A stretch of 12,087 nucleotides of DNA from Octopus sinensis. Its lineage: Eukaryota. The stretch covers positions 1-12,087 of the forward strand of contig NW_021826746.1 of the NCBI RefSeq assembly GCF_006345805.1. The letters run 5' to 3'. Below the pieces are notes generated by a model. The model saw nothing but the letters and a program-made list of their open reading frames with translations. It searched no databases and was not told where the DNA came from. This document shows, piece by piece, positions 8,105 through 12,087 of the stretch (its first letter is position 1; each line of letters starts with the position of its first letter). A program made the position numbers and the translations under genes.

Positions 8105-8490
8105 CGTACATACATACATATATACATACATATATAATCACATAGATACTCATATACACACACATACGTACATACATACATATATACATACATATATACT
8201 CACATACATACATATATACATACATATATACTCACATACATACATGCATACATACATACATACATGTATAATTACATACATACACACATAATTACGTACA
8301 TACACACACATACGTACATGCATACATATATACTCACATACATACATGCATACATACATAATTACATACATACACACACATGCATACATATATACATACA
8401 TATGTACTCACATACATACATATATGCATACATACATATATACATACATATAGGCGCACACACGTACACGACGCATAGACATATACACAT
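8066..8490. repeat. Complex (TA)/(TACA)/(CA) low-complexity tract
   Basis: Almost uninterrupted purine-pyrimidine alternation, with recurring variant markers (actcac, taatt). Confidence 0.95.
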
Positions 8491-9024
8491 ACAGATAGAC
8501 ATTTTCTATCTCTGTCTGTCTGTCTCTCTCGTGCGCGTGCATACACATACGCACTTGTGTAAACAATTTGCAAGCGAAAACAATACATTTAAAATATGCG
8601 CAAAACGCGAGAAACAGATATGGAAGATCCAACATTGGTGTGTGTTTGTATGTGTGTTTGTGTTTGTTCATTCGTACGCGCTTGTTTGTTTACTTGTTTG
8701 TGTGTGTGTGTTCGTCCGTGCTTTTGAACGTATAAGAACCGTTTACATGTGCACACATACACATAGATGCACTCGTGGCGCATTAGCGTAAGTAAACATT
8801 TCATAATCATTAGCGAGTTTGTTTTGTACTTCGTTCGTCGCAAGGACACATAAGAAAAGATAAACAGAAATACAATACGATATGTATTTGACATAATTAC
8901 GGGTACAGTTACATGTATAGATATTAGAAGCAGCCGGTACAATTGAATATAAATTATTGAGGACATAGTTTTATTGTGGTATGCACCCGCTGGGTACGAA
9001 CCGAAAAAAGAACCTCAATATAAT

Positions 9025-9163
9025 CGCTCGATTTGCTAAAAATTACTAAACAAATTCGCCTCATATAAACCCATACCCTCTAAAAGAGAAAAAGGAAATA
9101 TTATTGTCGCTCTAGATAATATACTAAGAGATTGGATGGTCACGGTGGAACGTCTTTGATTAT
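9025..9163 (+). repeat. Degenerate dispersed repeat fragment (family D)
   Basis: aatatacta...gatggtcacggtggaacgtctttgat is shared with 10368-10422. A possibly related inverted fragment lies at about 5940-6010. Confidence 0.5.
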
Positions 9164-9165
9164 AA

Positions 9166-9578
9166 GGCGTAGGAGTGGATGTGTGGTAAGTAGCTTGTTT
9201 ACCAACCACATGGTTCCGGGTTCAGACCCACTGCGTGGCATCTTTGGCAAGTGTCTTCTACTAAAGCCTTAGGTCGACCAAAGCCTTGTGAGTGGATTTG
9301 GTAGACGGAAACTGAAAGAAGCTCGTCGTATATATGTATATATATATGTGTGTGTATATGTTTGTGTCTGTGTTTGTGCCCCAACATCGCTTGACAACCG
9401 ATGCTGGTGTGTTTAAGTCGCCGTGACTTAGCGGTTCGGCAAAAGAGAGCGATAGAATAAGTACTAGGCTTACAAAAGAATAAGTCCTGGGGTCGATTCG
9501 CTCGACTAAAGGTGGTGCTCCAGCATGGCCACAGTCAAATGACTGAAACAAGTAAAAGAGTAAAAGAGTAAAAGAGAA
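9166..9578 (+). mobile_element. Full-length SINE family A with (GTAAAAGA)n tail
   Basis: tRNA-like head (A-box-like tggatgtgtgg, B-box ggttcagaccc), CORE-like ggcaagtgtctt, a short internal TA/TG tract and a 3' tandem tail gtaaaaga x3. Confidence 0.93.
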
Positions 9579-9580
9579 TA

Positions 9581-10142
9581 TTGGGTCATCCAGAAAGTTC
9601 GTGCCAATTTATAGCAGCTTACCTTTCGACTTATTTTAGAACATGGTTGAGTTCATAAAGGGATTTTGATTACACCCTCCATTTAGAGCACGGCTTAAGC
9701 TATCTTTTCTTGAAGAAGGTTTATGTTCATATAAACTGTGTTATTCTGTACCCTTTAAAATGGAAGATAAGAAAGTTCATTTCGGCACTTGATGCTTTGA
9801 GAACCAGAACAAATTTGCCGCAGCTCGCTGGAATGTGGTTATCCCACCCTCCATATTCACCAGATATTGCTCCTTCGGATTTCCACTTATTCAGGTCTCT
9901 GCAGAATAGTCTTAATGGTAAAAATTTCAATTCCTTGGATGACGTAAAAAGATACCTTGATGAATTCTTTGCCATGAAATCACCTCGATTCTGGGAAGAG
10001 GGTATTTTCAAGTTAAAGGAAAGATGGAGACGCATTTTGTAACAAAATGGTTCATATTTGGTTGATTAAAAATAAAATGGCAAGTATTTATTGACCTTTT
10101 TCTTTCCTTTAAAAATCGGCACGAACTTTCCGGACAACCCAA
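9581..10142 (+). mobile_element. Non-autonomous, internally deleted mariner (DD34D) element, mellifera-like
   Basis: 30-bp TIRs (9581-9610 and 10113-10142, 26/30 identical) and TA on both sides (9579-9580, 10143-10144). Transposase remnants lie inside. Confidence 0.95.
9760..10069 (+). pseudogene. Mariner transposase remnant: N-terminal about 14 codons fused to the C-terminus
   Basis: ATG 9760 reads MEDKKVH(F)RHLML with a frameshift, then TR..L.QL(G)W.V..HPPYSPDIAPSDFHLFRSLQNSLNGKNFNSLDDVKRYLDEFF...KERWRRIL*QNGSYLVD*. The YSPDLAPxD motif is established for mariner. Premature stop at 10040-10042. Confidence 0.93.
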
Positions 10143-10179
10143 TACATAACTAATAAAAATCAGTAGATAGCGTAGTTTC

Positions 10180-10342
10180 AGCATTTCGCATTGTGTCACG
10201 CTGAATTTCTCCCGAGAACTACGTTAAGGATACACATGACTGTGGAGTGCTCAGCCACTTGTACGTTAATTTCACGAGCAGGCTGTTCCGTTGACCGGAT
10301 CAACCGGAACCCTCGTCGTCGTAACCGACGGAGTGTCACAAC
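10180..10342 (+). mobile_element. 5'-truncated SINE-like interspersed repeat (family E)
   Basis: GC-richer block (cacgttaat-like...ggaaccctcgtcgtcgtaaccgacggagtg) recalled as a common cephalopod repeat. Single copy in this window, so not self-verified. Confidence 0.5.
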
Positions 10343-10344
10343 GG

Positions 10345-10450
10345 CGAGATAATGTAGTAGTCTTTGACAATATACTACGTTCGAACAAAAGATGAGATGG
10401 TCACAGCTGGAACGTCGTTGATCAAGTTAGGAGTTGTAGATCATTGACTG
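10345..10450 (+). repeat. Degenerate dispersed repeat fragment (family D)
   Basis: Shares aatatacta...gatggtcac..ctggaacgtc.ttgat with 9118-9160. Confidence 0.5.
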
Positions 10451-11336
10451 ACCAAGACCATGCTGCAGCAGCAAGAATAACACAACGACGGTAACGCTGA
10501 CGCTGAAACGACGACGACGCTGGAGACGACTACGACGGTAGAAACAACTCTGAAATTACTTCTGCTTGATGGCAAGCGACCGCAGTGTGTTTTCAGACAT
10601 TTTCTGAGTTTTTGTCATAGCTGCCGTGATGCTGAATAAACAAAGTCCACAGCCATAAAAGCTAAGAACATGGTCAGCCCAGACAAGAGTGAGCTAATTT
10701 GCATTTTGGTGTTTGTTTGAAAGACTGTTGGAAAAATTAGTAACGCACCGAACACAGCATGAGGAAACGTCAAAGAAAAAGAAAGAAAATCAATAATTTC
10801 AAAGTTTATTTATGTCTAAAACATATATATCTCGTAGCTTAGAAGACAGAATTGATTATCTTTAAGAACAAAACAAAGTCTCGGTTTTTAACAGTTTTCT
10901 TTTGTCTGTTTGCCGCAACTACAGTCTAGCAAATATTCATTAATTACGCCCATTTAAATTTTACTGTAATACAAGGCTACTTACTCTAGGCTGTAGGTTT
11001 CCCAGCAAATTTGAACATAGTTTTATTAGCTATTTCCTACTTATGAAGTATTTTATCTTAATCACTTTCTACAGTAATTTTATTCGTCCTGAAGATCAAA
11101 GCTAGTCAAATATTTTACCCGTCCTATGATATAATCTTGACGCAGAACGAAATATGCGGTGTTTTTTTTTTCTTTTTTGCAGTATAGTGAAGTAAGGAAG
11201 GTTAGTAATTGAAGGATAAAATTCTACAATGTCAAATCAAGTAAATTATCAGAGTTGGTTTGCTGTTTAAGTTCTTATTACTATTGTGATATTGTTTCAC
11301 TGTTATAGTTTTAGAGTTGTGATTATATAAAGACTA

Positions 11337-11349
11337 ACACACACACACC

Positions 11350-11382
<33 letters not shown>
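11337..11382. repeat. (CA)n microsatellite
   Basis: Direct inspection. Confidence 0.95.
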
Positions 11383-11385
<3 letters not shown>

Positions 11386-11539
11386 TCATACAAATAGGCA
11401 CGGACTCAATCACATAGATACACACGCATTATTTCAGCTGTTATCTGATAGCAGGTACCAGTTTGACAAACTGGCCGTCCAGATAAACCCACATTCACAA
11501 CCAGCAAATTCAGCCGAATAAGGCAGTGTTTCTTCAGAG

Positions 11540-11615
11540 TCTTCGATTTGAGTTCAAATGCGCTAAAGTCAACGTAGCCTTTCATGAGTCTGAGATCGAT
11601 AAAATAAAACACCAA
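11540..11615 (+). mobile_element. Degenerate SINE family B fragment
   Basis: gagttcaaatgcgctaaagtcaacgtagcctttcat...gatcgataaaataa aligns with the 5486 monomer. Confidence 0.6.
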
Positions 11616-11684
11616 TCCTATCAAGATGAACTCATTTACAATGCTATTTTTTTGTCTAAATTAAAACTAGTCTACGAAAAAGGG

Positions 11685-11836
11685 GAAGAGGGAAAAACCT
11701 CCTCGTTGAAACAAACTCCGGAAGAAAACCAAACTTTCAGATAGGGACCGTCGGACTCTACGCGAATTGGTAAAAGGATCACAAAAGTACAGCTCCCCAA
11801 ATTACGGCAGAGTTTAATGACCACCTCGAGGACCCA
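11685..11836 (+). pseudogene. Tc1-family transposase DNA-binding-domain fragment, multiply frameshifted
   Basis: Reading across about four 1-nt deletions gives EGKTSSLKQ(N)SGRKP(K)LSDRDRRT(L)TRI.K.DHKSTAPQITAEFNDHLEDP. This is the GRKP/GRPR linker and start of the second HTH of Tc1/Tc3 transposases. Confidence 0.8.
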
Positions 11837-11857
11837 TATATATGCATATATATTATG

Positions 11858-11890
<33 letters not shown>

Positions 11891-11894
11891 TATA
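11837..11894. repeat. (TA)n microsatellite
   Basis: Direct inspection. Confidence 0.95.
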
Positions 11895-12087
11895 CGGGAA
11901 GCTTTATGAAAATATACAAAAGACGAAGGCAGGTGGAAAACAAACGAACAATTGTATTAGTATGGCGCTCAGGAAATATAAATAAAACAAGTCTTTAACG
12001 TTTCGAGTCCTACGCTCTTCAACAGAAAGATACACAGAGAGAAAAAAAACACAGAAAGAAGGAGAGAAAAAAAATCGTTGCAGTAGC
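11895..12087 (-). mobile_element. Penelope-like element terminal (pLTR-type) fragment ending in (TA)n, runs off the window
   Basis: Contains a minimal hammerhead motif about 97 bp from a (TA)n junction. Minimal hammerheads are an established hallmark of Penelope-like LTRs. Confidence 0.65.
11992..12030 (-). ncRNA. Minimal type I hammerhead ribozyme-like motif with variant core (CUGUUGA)
   Basis: UCUUU-CUGUUGA-A-GAG(CGUAGGA)CUC-GAA-ACGU-U-AAAGA: helix I 5 bp, helix II 3 bp, palindromic helix III, GUU cleavage triplet. Confidence 0.65.

Noticed and set aside
9710-10042. 110-aa ORF treated as an intact transposase gene
   Set aside because: The N-terminal part is an out-of-frame read of the leader. 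The HTH and two catalytic Asp are deleted, and there is a premature stop.
10478-10640. Thr-rich mucin-like reading (ETTTTLETTTTVETT)
   Set aside because: Derived from an (ACG)n-type trinucleotide tract. Bounded by stops, with no start codon or splice support.

Overview
AT-rich, repeat-saturated eukaryotic non-coding DNA, probably intronic or intergenic. The repeat families look like those of Octopus (coleoid cephalopod); this is recognition from memory, not a search result. No complete protein-coding gene is present, and nearly all listed ORFs are artefacts of microsatellites, minisatellites or SINEs. The window contains several tRNA-derived SINE families, including a 184-bp-period dimer with a 17-bp TSD and two inverted SINE pairs. 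It also contains a 562-bp internally deleted mariner with both TIRs and TA target sites, a frameshifted Tc1 transposase fragment, a probable hAT-type MITE end, and two (TA)n-embedded elements with Penelope-like ends. The Penelope-like element at the right end carries a minimal type I hammerhead ribozyme fold with a variant core. There are three or four degenerate tandem arrays (11, about 29 and about 33 bp) and one plausible 107-bp Cys-rich coding exon (7656-7762).
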